Source: Sphyrna mokarran
Lineage: Eukaryota
Assembly (NCBI GenBank): GCA_024679065.1
Contig: JAGIQG010000004.1
Location: forward strand, 62,806,001 to 62,870,000
DNA length: 64,000 bases
Direction of reading: 5' to 3'
Shown here: one piece after another, positions 13,544 through 26,178 of the stretch
Position numbering within the stretch: position 1 is the stretch's first letter
Layout: each line of letters opens with the position of its first letter
The notes under the pieces: model-generated
Databases searched by the model: none
What the model was told of the DNA's origin: nothing
The model's input: the letters and a program-made list of their open reading frames with translations, nothing else
Translations under genes and position numbers: made by a program

Positions 13544-13709
13544 GTTCCAGTTCATTTTCTACGTGGTTTGCTTATTATTTCGCGCAATTTCCAAGCTGTA
13601 TATTAATTCATCATGTTTCCTTGTACTTGAGACAATTTAAGTAACTCAACAAACCCGTGCTTTTTATCCTACTATTGCTCTGGGTTAATTAGATTTTGAT
13701 TTTCATTAG

Positions 13710-14034
13710 GCTCTGGTCAATCGGTGGTGAAAGTAACTCAGCTACCTGCGAGTGTGAGCAAAAACAAGACGTACAAATGTGCCCTTTCATTGCTCGCTTC
13801 CTTTCTTTCAAGACGGTCCGGTTGTGAGTATACAATGGTGGAAACACGATGACAACCAACATATACGCACAGAAGAAAATGGCCAAAAAGTAACTGGATT
13901 AAAGACAATATTCAGTGGTTTTCTTCAGATCAACAATGTGATCTTGCAAGACGCAGAGGTATACTATTGCACTGTCACTCATCGAGGTAGTATTGCTGGT
14001 AATGGGATGGGCTCTAATTTATCTGTACGAGCAG
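13710..14034 (+). pseudogene. Gene A V-set (VJ-type) exon, frameshifted
   Basis: Acceptor ttttcattag; SGQSVVKVTQLPASVSK, then a +1 shift in the A5 run at ~13760-13764, then TNVPFHCSLP...IQWWK...FLQI...DAEVYYC...GNGMGSNLSVRA; donor G|GTTTGG. Paralogous to gene B exon 2. Confidence 0.85.
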
Positions 14035-14671
14035 GTTTGGATGAAATCAGATTGAGAGATTCATAATGAATAATTCGCACGTCAAAGCATGTCTCCACTG
14101 TGCGTCGAATGTTGGTTCCTAGCAGAAGGCTTTGTTATCGTTTGTTGGGATTTGGATGATTCTAGTTAGGGCAAAACGTATTTGTTCATTCCAATCCTCT
14201 TGTGCTTGGCTTTTGATCAAGTTAGTTAAAATTAAAACACATTGCACTGGACCTTCGTTCTCATATAGGCCAGAACAAGCAAAGATGGCAGCAGAGCCGC
14301 CGGTTCAACCACACACGCAATTTCTGATTGTTTCGTATGTATATATTCACGTTGCAATAATTATAAGAATTGTTTCCTCTAATTGAAATTACAGTTTTCT
14401 ATCCAGCAGAAAAGAAAACACATGGACTATGTATGCAACTCATTTACTATTCATTCGCTGATAATTTGAATTTAGCGTCGCTATTGTTATTGCTTTATAC
14501 ATCTATTTCTTATGATAAAAGCCGTGCACGGTGGAGATCTATGTACAGCACAAACCAACGCGATCTATTCTGTAAGGCAACACGGTGTTGTCGAAAAAAG
14601 AGGCCGAAACAGCTGAGAGACTGTTAAGCTTTTTCGATGACCAAGCATTTTCCCTTTCTTTCATTTCATAG

Positions 14672-14983
14672 TTCCACCAACTCGGCTGGAAGTTAATTCT
14701 CAGTATCCCGAAAATGACTCACCGGCGCTTCCTGCTGTTCTATACTCAACGTCTCACTTTTACCCGAAGAATATCAATTTCACTTGATACAAGGATGGCA
14801 TCAAAGCTACAGGAATGATAAAGACCATAATTGAATCCAGGACTGATGGGCTATATGAAGCTTTTAGTCGTTTGCAAGAGACGCAGTCTATCCAATTAGG
14901 AACTATGTACACCTGTCTGGTGACCCGCAGCACTCTTCACGTTTCAGCGTCCGTCACTCATATTATCACCAATCGCAATACAG
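14672..14983 (+). pseudogene. Gene A C1-set exon with premature stop
   Basis: Acceptor tttcatttcatag, donor G|GTAAGC. VPPTRL...VLYSTSHFYPKNINFT*YKDG...GLYE...YTCLVT: the B-strand Cys is Tyr (TAC 14743-14745) and the conserved Trp is TGA (14785-14787). Confidence 0.88.
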
Positions 14984-17900
14984 GTAAGCATTCTGATAGA
15001 GGAATATAACTTCAAAAAATATGCAATCTGGCATATCCGTGTAGATTTTTTGAAGAAAAGAAAAAGTTTCATTTCGTCCCACGTCACAGATTTGCTTTAA
15101 GTTAATTTGCTTCAACCGTATCTTCAAGTGCCTTTTTTGAAAAGTTAGTTAATTGTTCCTGAAACTTCCTGCATCTTCCTAACCACCGCGGAAAAGCGTT
15201 CTTCTTAAATTCCATCTATCTTAGACAAAAAAAAAATCTACTTGACTGTGGCTTATCTATGCAATTGAAAAAGTATACGTACATTTGTTCTCCATCGAAA
15301 TCAGTTGTAGCTCGATTCATTCTTTCAAATTGCATTTACGCTTCCCTGCTGTAATAGGAAAAAAATCATAGTGTCTCATATCTCTCAAAGTAACTAAAGA
15401 GATTCGGCCCTTCCAACGTCCTGGGCATTTTTCTTCGATATTTCCTGAGGTGAACTGACGATTATTGTGTTTAGTTGTTCAGCAAAGAACTGAGTAATCT
15501 CCTAAGTCTGACATCATATTTTAGGTTTTCTGATTTAATAAAGTCACTATTTATAAAATTGAATTAATTCCAGAATCATTCCTAAGAAACTTACAGTCTT
15601 GTCCAGCCACGCCCAAAGACTTGTGCATGTGCAGCTTTAAATTTTATTGCTTTTGGCTAAAAAAAATACCTTTTTGGCCATAGGTGCACTCCATTATTTT
15701 CTCCCCCAGAATCTCATTGTCATTATTATTCGTATTACATTGCATTTATATTTCGTCTGTTCACGTTGGCAGTCTTGTTGTACTATTGTGAAGTTTCCTA
15801 CTGTTGTGCACGGTGCATGGACTATTAATATATTTTTTATGAGCCACTGACTTCGAAACTGTACTCGATATTTCCTAGTCCGTGTCATTGAGTTGCTTAT
15901 ATCCAGCACTGGTCTCACAATTATGGCGGCTGAAGATTGGGGTCTTGTCACAAATATGGTCTTTATAAATGTTTGCTCAGTTTGCAGTTACCAATAGACC
16001 CCCAAAAATAATTCTCACATAGGCAACTTCTCTCCTTCATTGTCCCCACCCCGCCCAGAGAAAACATTAAATCTGGTCTTGATTTAGACAAATTACAATG
16101 TAAATTTGCCAACGATATCTCCTCTCCAAGCACCGTTTTCCCGAAGTCTCATGCTTCCTCCTTCACCACTGAAAATTAGCTCTTTGCAAACGGTCAATGA
16201 TCCATATCTCTATATTGCTATTTTTTTCGAGGAATCTCCCTCCCCCCTCCCCCCCACACGCCACTCGCCACCCAACTGTCGCTACCCGCACCCCCGCCAA
16301 TCACCGAAGAATGTCAGGTTCTATTTGAATAAGAATGTTTCCAAAATTACAATAGACATAAATAGCATTGCTCAACTAATAACCAATGGGTCATAATGAA
16401 CTTGGTTTTGCAATGTTCCCAACCTATCAATTTTGTACTTGTTTATGGCTATCTGCAAAATTATATTATTCTCCATATTTCAGCCACGGTCCTCAAATTG
16501 TCACGTCTATGGATGAAAACAAAATCTTGCGGGTATTCGAAATATGAAATGAAAAGCAGCAAATGCAGTATAAATTCACAGGGCCTTGCAGGATCAGTAG
16601 AAAGACGCAGAGTTAGCGTCTTGGATCTAAATAAACCTTCTGCAGAATAGTTTTGTGGGATGCTGAGTTTATCCAGCATTTTTGCATTTTAATGCTATTT
16701 ATCCTTACATCCGTAATGCACTTGAATGAATTGTAGAAAGAAGAGCTCTGATTCGTTTTCTCAGAGAGCTTGTTCCCAATCATTCCGCAAACATAAACTT
16801 TTAAGACATACTCACCTGTCTTTGCTGGAAATGCATATATCAACTACTATTATCATTCTTTCAGATAGATTTTGCCCACCGTCCACGACATCATAGTTTT
16901 TCTAATTTACTTTGTATTTCTTAACCATTTACTTTTGCTGTATGACATTGATTTATCTATTCACTATCCTTGCAGGTTGTTGCACTACACTTCCGCCATT
17001 GGGTGCCTGTCTGTGTCTGATATTAAATTTAATAGCCTCCTGATCTGATTTGGTCTAATTGCAAAAGCGGTGCTTCTCCAAACTCACCAAATCACTGCAG
17101 ACACACATTCCCTAAATCTCTACTCTGCAACTCCATTTCCTCTCATCCCTGCAAAAAGCTGATGCCGGTATTGCTGCTTATCAGCGCAACAGAAGTGCCA
17201 CGCGTGATTTGTCAGCGCTTAACATGACTTCTTGATTTTTTTTCTATTTATCATCATCAGCTACAGTCTAGATATCTCGCAGGCATCCAAAAAGCACCTT
17301 AACATCTTGCCGACAAAAGCTCTTGAAAATTTTCCCTCCGTTTAAGACGTATGTTGCCATTCCTATTTTGATGTGTGTTATCCTCCAGTTTGCTATTGCC
17401 CCTACATTTGAGAACAAGTTAGCATTCTCAAACTTGAATCAATAAAATTCTTATATCAAGTAAAACATTCATAATCATGCCGATCCCTCGGGAATTCCAA
17501 TGCACAACTCTCTAGTATATGATATAAAAACAATGGTACTTCACCAATGTCTTTCAACCATGCATCAGGTATAGATGTGAAAAGCGAAATTCTTCGTCAG
17601 AATTTCATCATGTGAAAAGAGGGTTTGTGCCTTGCTGCTTGACTCTTTATTAAATTTCGTTCATTGTAGCTCAGGAGCTTCATTCTGCTGGGACTGCTAC
17701 ACATGAAGTCAGTCAGCCAAGAGAGTGCAACGTTTACTGGCCTCCCTTATTCAATTTTTGAAGTTGCCACGTTCATTTAGCCTGATGCTTTGTATTGCTG
17801 AAGGAGCATGCGGTATTAGAAATGACTGGCAAACCAGAGAACTGGAATAATGTTCTCTGGTAAATTAGGGATAGTCAGCATGGCTTCGTCAGAAGTAAGT

Positions 17901-18362
17901 TATGCGTAACAAATTTGACAGTTTTTTTTTTGAAAATGTGATCGAGTGAGTGGATGAGGGAAGTGAAGGTGATGTAGTATATATAAATTCCAGTAAAGCC
18001 TCTGATAAGATCCCACATGAGAGATTGAGTGAAAGGCTTGAAGCATATGGAGTTCAGGGGACTTGGCGAGTTGAATCCAAAACTAGTTGCGTAATATAGG
18101 ACACAACGGGTGATGTTGGAAGGCTTAAGTAACTGGAGACCGGAGTCCAGTGGAATATCACACGGTTCAGTGCTGGCTTCCTTCTTGTTAAATGTATACA
18201 TTTTGTAGACGATTATGGCAGGCTGAGGAGGGTGAGGGGGATGGTGGGGGCATGATTGCATTGGATATCAAGATTAATAATGGTGTAAATAGTGAATATG
18301 AAGGTTATATTTTACAGAAATAAATAGATAGCTGTTCACATGTTTAAGCAGTGGGAAATGGT

Positions 18363-20050
18363 ATTTTGATTTGATTTTTTATTACTGTTACATGTATGGA
18401 TTTACAGTGAAAAGTATTGTTTCTTGCGCGCTATAAGACACAACATATCGTTCATAGAGAAGGAAACGAAAAATAACTATGTTATAGCCATAGTAAGGGT
18501 ATAGAGGAAGATCAAATTCATGCAAGGTAAGTCCATTCAAAAGTCATACCGCATCAAAGAAGAAACTGTCCTTGAGTCGGTCGGTTGGTAGATTGGTTGA
18601 CCTCAGAAGTTTGAATCTTTTTCTCGAACAGAGAAAATAGAAGAGAAGACGTCCGGAATGCGTGGCATTTTTAATTATATTGTATGTTTTGCCGAGGCAA
18701 CAGAAAGTGTAGACAGAGTCATAGAACATAGAACATAGAACACTACAGCACAAACAGGCCCTTCGGCCCACAAGTTGTGCTGAACACATCAAAACCTACC
18801 CAGCCACAGACCTATCTATAACCCCCAATCCCATTGGATCCCATATACTCATCCAGAAGTCTTTTAAAAGACCCCAGCGAGTTCGCCTCGACCACCACCG
18901 ACGGCAGCCGATTCCATTCACTTACCACCCTCTGAGTGAAAAACTTTCCCCTAGCATCCCCTCTGTACTTGCTTCCCTGCACCTTAAATCTGTGCCCTCT
19001 CGTCGCGACCATTTCAGCCCTGGGAAATAGTCTCTGAGAGTCCACCCTATCTATTCCTCTCAACATCTTGTAAACCTCTATCAGGTCGCCTCTCAACCTT
19101 CGTCTCTCCAGGGAGAACAGTCCCAGCTCCCTCAACCTGTCTTCATAAGGCATGCCTCCCAATCCAGGCAACATCCTTGTAAATCTCCTCTGCACCCTTT
19201 CAGTAGCTTCCACGTCCTTCGTATAGTGAGGCGACCAGAACTGCGCACAGTACTCTAAGTGTGGTCTGACAAAGGTCCGATAAAGCTGCAGCATTACCTC
19301 CTGACTCCTGAACTCAATCCCTCGATGAATGAAGGCCAGTACACCGTAAGCTTTCTTAACCACATCCTCCACCTGGGAGGCCGATTTGAGAGTCTTATGG
19401 ACCCGGACCCCAAGATCCCTCTGCTCTTCCACACAGCTAAGACTCCTACCTTTGATAGTGTACTCATTCATCCCGTTGGATCTGCCAAAATGGACCACAA
19501 CACATTTATCCGCGTTGAAGTCCATCTGCCACTTCTCCGCCCAGTCTTGCATCTTGTCGATGTCATGCTGCAACTTCTGACATCCCTCCAGACCATCCAC
19601 AACACCACCGACCTTCGTGTCATCGGCGAACTTACTCACCCATCCCTCCACTTCCTCATCCAGGTCATTTATGAAAATGACAAACAGCAAGGGTCCTAGA
19701 ACAGATCCCTGGGGCACTCCACTGGTGACCGACCTCCATGCAGAAAAAGAGCCATCCACAACCACCCTCTGCCTTCTGCAGGCAAGCCAGTTCTGGATCC
19801 ACAAGACCAAAGCCCCTTGGATCCCATGACCTCTCACCTTCTCAATGGATGTCAATGGATGGGAGGCTGTTTTGCGCGATGGATTGGGCTACATTCACAA
19901 CCTTTTGTACTTCCTTGCGTGTTAGGCGAAGCAGGAGCCTTACCAAGCTATGATGCAACCAGAAAGAATGCTTTCAATGGTGCATCTGTAAAAGTTGATG
20001 AGCATCGTAGCTCAAATGCCTAATTGCCTTAGTCTCATGAGAAAGTGTTT
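18363..20050 (-). mobile_element. Rex1/Babar-like LINE 3' fragment, split by a CR1
   Basis: C-terminus IIKNATHSGRLLFYFL...DRLKDSFF and an AATCA-type tail. The two halves rejoin across 18720/19851 and match 43150-43200. Confidence 0.7.
18721..19845 (-). mobile_element. Young 5'-truncated CR1 (subfamily 'B')
   Basis: Uninterrupted 347-aa RT C-terminal ORF (QGSVLGP, FADD), nearly identical by eye to 28970-30089. Confidence 0.95.
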
Positions 20051-20657
20051 AACTCTCATAAGTGAAAGGTGAAAAAATAACAAGGCATGGGGCATTTAAT
20101 AAATGGCAAGACAGTAGGAAGTTGAGAGCAACAGATATGTTAGGACATTTATTCACAGATCCCTGAAGTTGGCAGAAGTAGATGTATCCTACGTTGGGCC
20201 TTCTACACAGTCCGTTCAAAAAACTGCCCTGAATATATTTCAGGAACTCTACCTCCTCCTAACAGTTGCTTTCATTAGTCGTGACACAGAGCATAACAGC
20301 AAGGAGATACTACTGATTCTGCAGGGAATGTTTGTTAGCTCACATCTGGAGTACTCTCTGCTGCTGTATGCATCTCGCTACAGGAAGGATGTGATTGCAC
20401 TAGGAGAGGTTACATGTGAGATTCATGAATATGCGAATTAGGATGCAGCACTTGACTTGCAAGGAGAGACTGTATAGGTTTCGTTTCTTTTCCTTAAAGC
20501 AGAAAATGCTGAGCGGGATATCATTGAGGTGTCCAAGGTTGTGGAAAGTTTGGAAAGGATGGATAGGAAGTAGCTCTTCCCCTTGGTTGAGGGTTCAATC
20601 AAGAAGTTGCATTATGTTAGGGTAAGAGGCAGGAGATTCAGTGGGATTAAAGAAAAT

Positions 20658-20783
20658 GAGCAGAATTTTAACCGATCATATGCTCAACGTCCGTCAATCC
20701 TGCCCGAAGTCAATGGAAAAGGCCATTCTCCAAGCTTCGCCTGCCCCTCGGAATCGGGGGGAGCGACACCGTAAAATTCCGGT
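20658..20783 (+). mobile_element. Possible short MITE
   Basis: Imperfect terminal inverted repeats cagaatttta ... taaaattccg around ~120 bp. Confidence 0.35.
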
Positions 20784-20999
20784 GATCAGGAACTGGAATG
20801 AACGGCCTCGGAATTTGATAGAAGACGGAAAGCTTACAATCATTAACAATTTTTTTTTGGTTGAGCACTTGATTCATCATAACACTCAAGGATATCGGAG
20901 ACGTGCTTGCAAATTGGATTAACACAAATTTGGTCATATATATCGTCCGAGCAGACTCAGTGGACCGAAATGCATTTTCTGCACTGTAAAAGTCTATGA

Positions 21000-21300
21000 T
21001 TCTGTGGCCTGCGTTCGAATCTTACCACAGCAGACGTTCACATTTAAATTAAATAATTCATCAGAAATTAAAAATTCTAATGATTACCATAAAACCATTC
21101 TCCATTGTAGTGCAATCCCATCTAGTCCAATTCTTTAAGGAGGGAAATCTGCCATGCATTGCTGTTGTGGCCTTAACATGATTACGGAGACACAACATTG
21201 TGGATAACTGTGAAATGTCCTCAGGTCAAAGGTCATTACGGATGGGCAATATATATCATTCCAGTTAGTGGTACCCACGTAACATGAATTAATAATAAAA
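21000..21300 (+). mobile_element. Degenerate tRNA-derived SINE of a second type
   Basis: B-box-like gttcgaatc, internal aggagggaaatctgcc, 3' gatgggcaata...catgaattaataataaaa. Confidence 0.45.
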
Positions 21301-22409
21301 TGCCTTTTAAAATTTCAGTCATCTTCAGGTGGTTTTCACTAATCATTCCTGTGGTCGATCAAATAGTTCAACCAACTTCATCAGGTAAAATTTCTGCTTT
21401 AACATATCTGAATGCTTCAGTTCTGATGATGGCTCCTCCTAATTCGAAACGTTGGCTCTCCAAAGATGTTGTCAGACCTGCTGAATTTTTTTAGAATTTT
21501 CTGTTTCTGTTTCAGATTCCAAAATTCACAGCCTTTTAGTTTTATCTGAACATTTTGTCCCTTCTTGACCAATATTATTATATTGGCACTTAGCTGTCAA
21601 ATGACCTTGTTATCTTTTCCATTACTATATTTCGTTTTACTGACTCATAAATTATTCGACTATTGCCATGCAATCTCGCCAGCGTTGCGATCCACCACCC
21701 TCATTAATTTGTTACTTATTACCTTTGATATTCTCCCCAGTTATTTTGTTCGTATACACTTCTGTAATTGTGATATGGTATTTTCCATCTCGGTATTTTT
21801 GTGAAATTTGTATTGTACCGCAGATGTACAATACGTCTGATTGTTTTCGACCGTAACTGAAAATTAATTCTTCCAGTCTAAACTCACCGTAGATGGTCCA
21901 CGGTCTACTGCTTTGCTTACACCATGCTAGAAATACAAATAGGCTTAAACTTGGGAACTATTATAGCTTTTTTTTAAAAGAAAACTTCTTCACTCTACGT
22001 TGGCGGAAGGAAACCGTTCCGCCGATTGATTCCTGTCAATTTGATATTTCACACAAAGTAAATATTTGAAGTCATATACTTCGGCCTTGTTTCACCCAGA
22101 AGCACAGGGGCAACCAAAATGTCAATAAGGCCAAGGTACCCTAGTGATAAATGTATTTTTACACGAATTTTACGAAATCGCCAAATAATCGTTAGCTGGT
22201 CGGGGGAGAAGTCGATGTCGAGGTTATGCTTCCATTCAACTGACCCGGTTGATGCAGTTTGAATGGTTGTGATTCCAACAGGAAGGGATATTTTAGAGCA
22301 GTAATGCGATGAGTGGGTGATGTGTTGGCTTGAGGCCACGGTCACAAACACTTCCATAAACTTACATTGTAGGTTTTTTGACTACACATTCACTGGACAG
22401 ATAGCTATC

Positions 22410-22750
22410 ATTACAGAATCACTACAGTGCAGAAGCAGGCGACTTGGCCCATCAAATCTGCACCGACCACAATCCCACCCAGGCCCTATCACCATATCTC
22501 TACATATTTACCCATTAATCCCTCTAACCTACGCATCTCAGGACAGGAAGGGGCGATTTTAGCATGGTCAATCAACGTACCCCGCACATCTTTGGACTGT
22601 AGGAGGAAACTGGAGCATCCAGAGAAAACCTACGCAGGCACGAGGAGAATGTGCAAACTCCAGACAGACAGGGACCTAAGCCGAGAATCGAACCCAGGTC
22701 ATCGGCGCTGCTAAGCAGCAGTGCTAACCACTGCGCTACCGTGCCTCCCT
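22410..22750 (-). mobile_element. V-SINE/HE1-like SINE
   Basis: Minus-strand tRNA head GGCACGGTAGCGCAGTGGTTAGCACTGCTGC, V-domain GGAGTTTGCACATTCTCC..., CR1-like tail. Confidence 0.85.
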
Positions 22751-23747
22751 GGTGCTATCGCTGAAGTGTTGTTCAGATTTTTAGTGACAGAATCATGCAA
22801 TTTCGACATAGGGATTAGGTATCAGAGTGCGATGAGTTGTGTTTGCAATTAAATCGCAAATAAGAGTTTCAATATAATCACTTTGTGCGCATGGAACGTG
22901 TTCCGGTATGTGTTTATGTGTTTATGTGTGTGAACGGATGGTGAGAGCACTGAATTTAATGCAGGTGCGCGTTTGTTTCCGTCTCTGCCGATGAGTTTCG
23001 GTATCCTGGAAAGGGCTTTGTTAGCTGACCATGTTTGTGCTCCGGCGCGTTGTCACAAACGCGTTGCATCAGACTGATTCCGGGCTATTTTCTCTCAATG
23101 TTTCGGAAAATAATCCTCATGACTTCCATTAATATTATATTTACGATATTTGAAATCTCCTGAGCCTGGTTGCGCACTGCCAGGTGAAATCGGATGTGTG
23201 AAGTAGTGTAGAGCGGGTTTAATTTTCTGCACCACAGAACACCCGGCAGACTTGGTTTTGAGATTCGCATTCGCCTTAATATTTCCATTAGGTTTCCGAG
23301 GTGCTGCCAGTAGTTCAAGAATGATACAAAGGCATCTTAATCGCGCAGACATGACAAGCTGTGGCATCCCCGAAATGATTAATCCACACACTGTCTTTCT
23401 TCATAATATTTATGGGTGGCCCTTCTCCGATAAAGTCATGGTCATTAGTACATACCAACGATTGGACACTGGTTTTCCAGCCTAAACTACCCTAGAATAA
23501 CCAAAAAATACTCAGCAGCGATGCATTTCCTCTGAAAGCTTATTTCAGATAAGATGAACTTCAGCCAACGTAGTACCTATACTATCGCTTCAGCAACTCG
23601 ATAGCCAGGGAAGATCATGCCGTGTTCTTTAGCTGATCCTCACCAAACACGAAGTGGGCGAAGTGCACGATCATTTAAGGCATATCTTCGCTGTTAAATT
23701 GGACAGAGGAGCGCCTCAGATTCATAAGTTTTATTTGAATTCTGCAG

Positions 23748-23873
23748 GTGGTACCATCACCCATTGATGGTACCATCACCCATTGCTGACCTCTGCAGCT
23801 TCTTCTGGCGGATTTGTTTCATTGATGCTGTGTACTATAACTCTGAAGCGGCGTCTGTCAAAGAAAAATAACG
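23748..23873 (+). pseudogene. Gene A transmembrane exon (uncharged TM), disrupted
   Basis: Acceptor gaattctgcag. An 18-bp tandem duplication gives an in-frame TGA (23765-23767); downstream reads LLTSAASSGGFVSLMLCTITL-KRRLSKKNN. The phase-1 donor is mutated to G|ATAAGA. Confidence 0.7.
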
Positions 23874-24632
23874 ATAAGAAGGAATATAACCTTTTTGGTC
23901 CAAAGAAAATGCGTCTAAGAGCTTCTTTCTATGCGCACAAATTATAGAATCATAAAAACTTTAGAACGCAGAAGGAGGTTATTCGGCCTATCGAACCCTA
24001 ACTGACAACAAAAAACCCTTTATCCCATATATTTACTCTGCTGATGCTTCTGATACAAAGGGGCATTTAGCATAACTAATCAACATACATCTTTGGACTG
24101 AGGGAGGGAACCGGAGCCGACTCTAACAGAATAGCAAGAACAATAGTTTGTTGCCTCCCAGTGACGGAGACATTGCTCAACATAACAGTATAGGCTAGTT
24201 TTAAGAAGTTTTGACACTTCACAATCACCTTCGTCCGCTTCATTTACGAAGGTATTAACTGTCCGTTTATTGCGCACGGTTTCCTACCAGTATGACACCA
24301 GTTTCGACTTTGGAAAGTATGCCGGAGTTTCTGAGACATGTTAAATAATCCGAAGGGACACGTGGTCCAAATTAGTTTCCAGCAAACCAATCATTTAACT
24401 GTCTTTGCTGTTACTGAACCTGTATCATCATCATCTGAATTTTCCAGTCAATGGCTGATTGTCCACCAGGCGCCTAAGAAATTCCCTTCTCCAGAGCAAA
24501 ACATGTCAGAAATCAAATAATACCTTGAAACAAATATTGATATCTGTTTAATGTTATTATTTATATTGACCTAACCAGATGTGTCTTTTTCGGATGCTTA
24601 AATGTTTCATTTCAAATGCCATTTGTTTCCAG

Positions 24633-24676
24633 GAATGCAAAAGTATGACAACAGATCCAAATATCCTGATCAGGAG
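24633..24676 (+). pseudogene. Gene A first cytoplasmic exon
   Basis: Acceptor tttgtttccag, donor GAG|GTACGT, 44 nt, phase 1 in and phase 0 out: GMQKYDNRSKYPDQE. Phases fit the TM exon upstream and the phase-0 exons downstream. Confidence 0.6.
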
Positions 24677-26178
24677 GTACGTTTGCACAACCTCAGTCTT
24701 AATGTTTCTGAATTCAATCTATTTAATGGAAGGACGATAATTATTTATCATATTGCTCCGAGACTTATACAACATAGATTTAATTCGGCTCTCGTCGAAA
24801 AAATACGTTATAAAATGGAATGTCAAGTGCCCGACGCAACTTAATTATAACAACAATGTCCCAGTTTTTAACACGCAGATTAAAATACATTACAATGTAG
24901 GCACTATGTCTTTGCTGGTATACCATATATTCTCATTATTAGAAGCAAGAAGGAGTGCAGCAGTATCAAATCTGAAGAGTAACCGTTATAGTTTGAGATT
25001 TACATTCAGTGCAAACGTGACCATGCGGCTTTTGGTTTTATTCCAAAATGGTGTAAAGCTTCGCAGAAAAATTAATTCACCGTCCTCAACGTATATGAAA
25101 CACCTAAAACCGCAGTCAATACCGTTGGTTGTGGTCTTAATTCCGCTTGAAGTTTCTTTACAAAGCAGCACAACCTGTTTATTCAAGCAGTACTGAAAAA
25201 TAATAATGTCTTATTTGGCCATTCGCATACGTTCATAATTAACATAAACTTTCTCATAAAGTCACAGGCTGCAGATGCCAGCATTGCAGTCTGGAGAGCC
25301 AAATTCTGCCAAAATATATTGGTGGCAAAATAAATGCATTGGCTAAATCGGTAAAAACCTAGAAGAAAACTAACTCAAAATCAATTTTCCCTTCATTCCC
25401 CCCCCTCCCCCATTGTCAGAATTCAGTTAAGAGTTGGCTTCATAGCATGTTCCTTTGCACGCAAATGCAATTCATCATGCCAGTGTATACTTTTCAATGT
25501 AGTGCAGAAGGTGCTATTCAAGCTATATATCTCGGAGTGTGTATATCTTCCGTTGCACCCACCCCCTTTTGCCTCTGGAAGGACACGATTGTCAGAGGTA
25601 GAAAGCAAGGGTTATTCACAATACCGGTTCGGCAAATGAAAATATAGTTGTATCAGGCAGTATTGAGCAATTAGTTCCACATTCTTCACAGTTTAGAAGA
25701 TAGAGATGATCTTTGTGAATAATATCGTTCTTTACGGACTTGACAGTTATGAAGTGAAGAAATTGTTCCTTGGGAGCACTGTGGAGAGGCAGCGATTTGC
25801 GAGTGGAGAGCTTGTGAGTGAGTAGAGCGATTTTTTAAGTCTAAATTTTACTAGTTTTTTAAAACTTTTTAAACTTGTAAACCCGGAAGGTGTTGCAAAG
25901 CACCTTGGGTAGTGTAGTTTTTTTTCAACCTCACTATAAATTGGAGTGGTGTGGAATCCCGATACTCTACACAAGTAGAATATCCCAACCCCCCTCCTCC
26001 TCTAACCTAAAAAGGAGAGAGAGAGAGAGGAGCTCTGAGAAGGAGCAGGTAAGTTTGTTTTTGTGTGAGCTGTAAGGTCCTTGGCTCACAGGGCCTAAGC
26101 AAAAAGGGGAGGCAAGGTAAGTTTTTTTTTAAATCTTTCTTACTTTTTTTTTCTCTGGGTTACTAAAAAGGGGCAAGC

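Larger units (their letters stand above)
17800..20660 (+). mobile_element. Old CR1 RT fragment interrupted by Rex1 and a young CR1
   Basis: Degenerate SQHGF...SGxxxGSVL...WEM at 17870-18362; continuation at ~20060-20640 (SHLEY, RYRKDVIAL). Confidence 0.7.

Noticed and set aside
13970-13976. CACTGTC just after YYC in gene A's V exon, resembling an RSS heptamer
   Set aside because: Imperfect, no spaced nonamer seen, and absent from gene B; it is explained by the Cys-Thr-Val codons.
16811-16905. Strong minus-strand donor CAG|GTGAGT preceded by a short hydrophobic stretch
   Set aside because: No acceptable acceptor, and no clean phase-1 leader or TM frame.
16976-17043. Possible gene A exon after the acceptor-like ccttgcag
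   Set aside because: Runs into a stop with no donor; a better TM exon with a basic stop-transfer segment exists at 23748.
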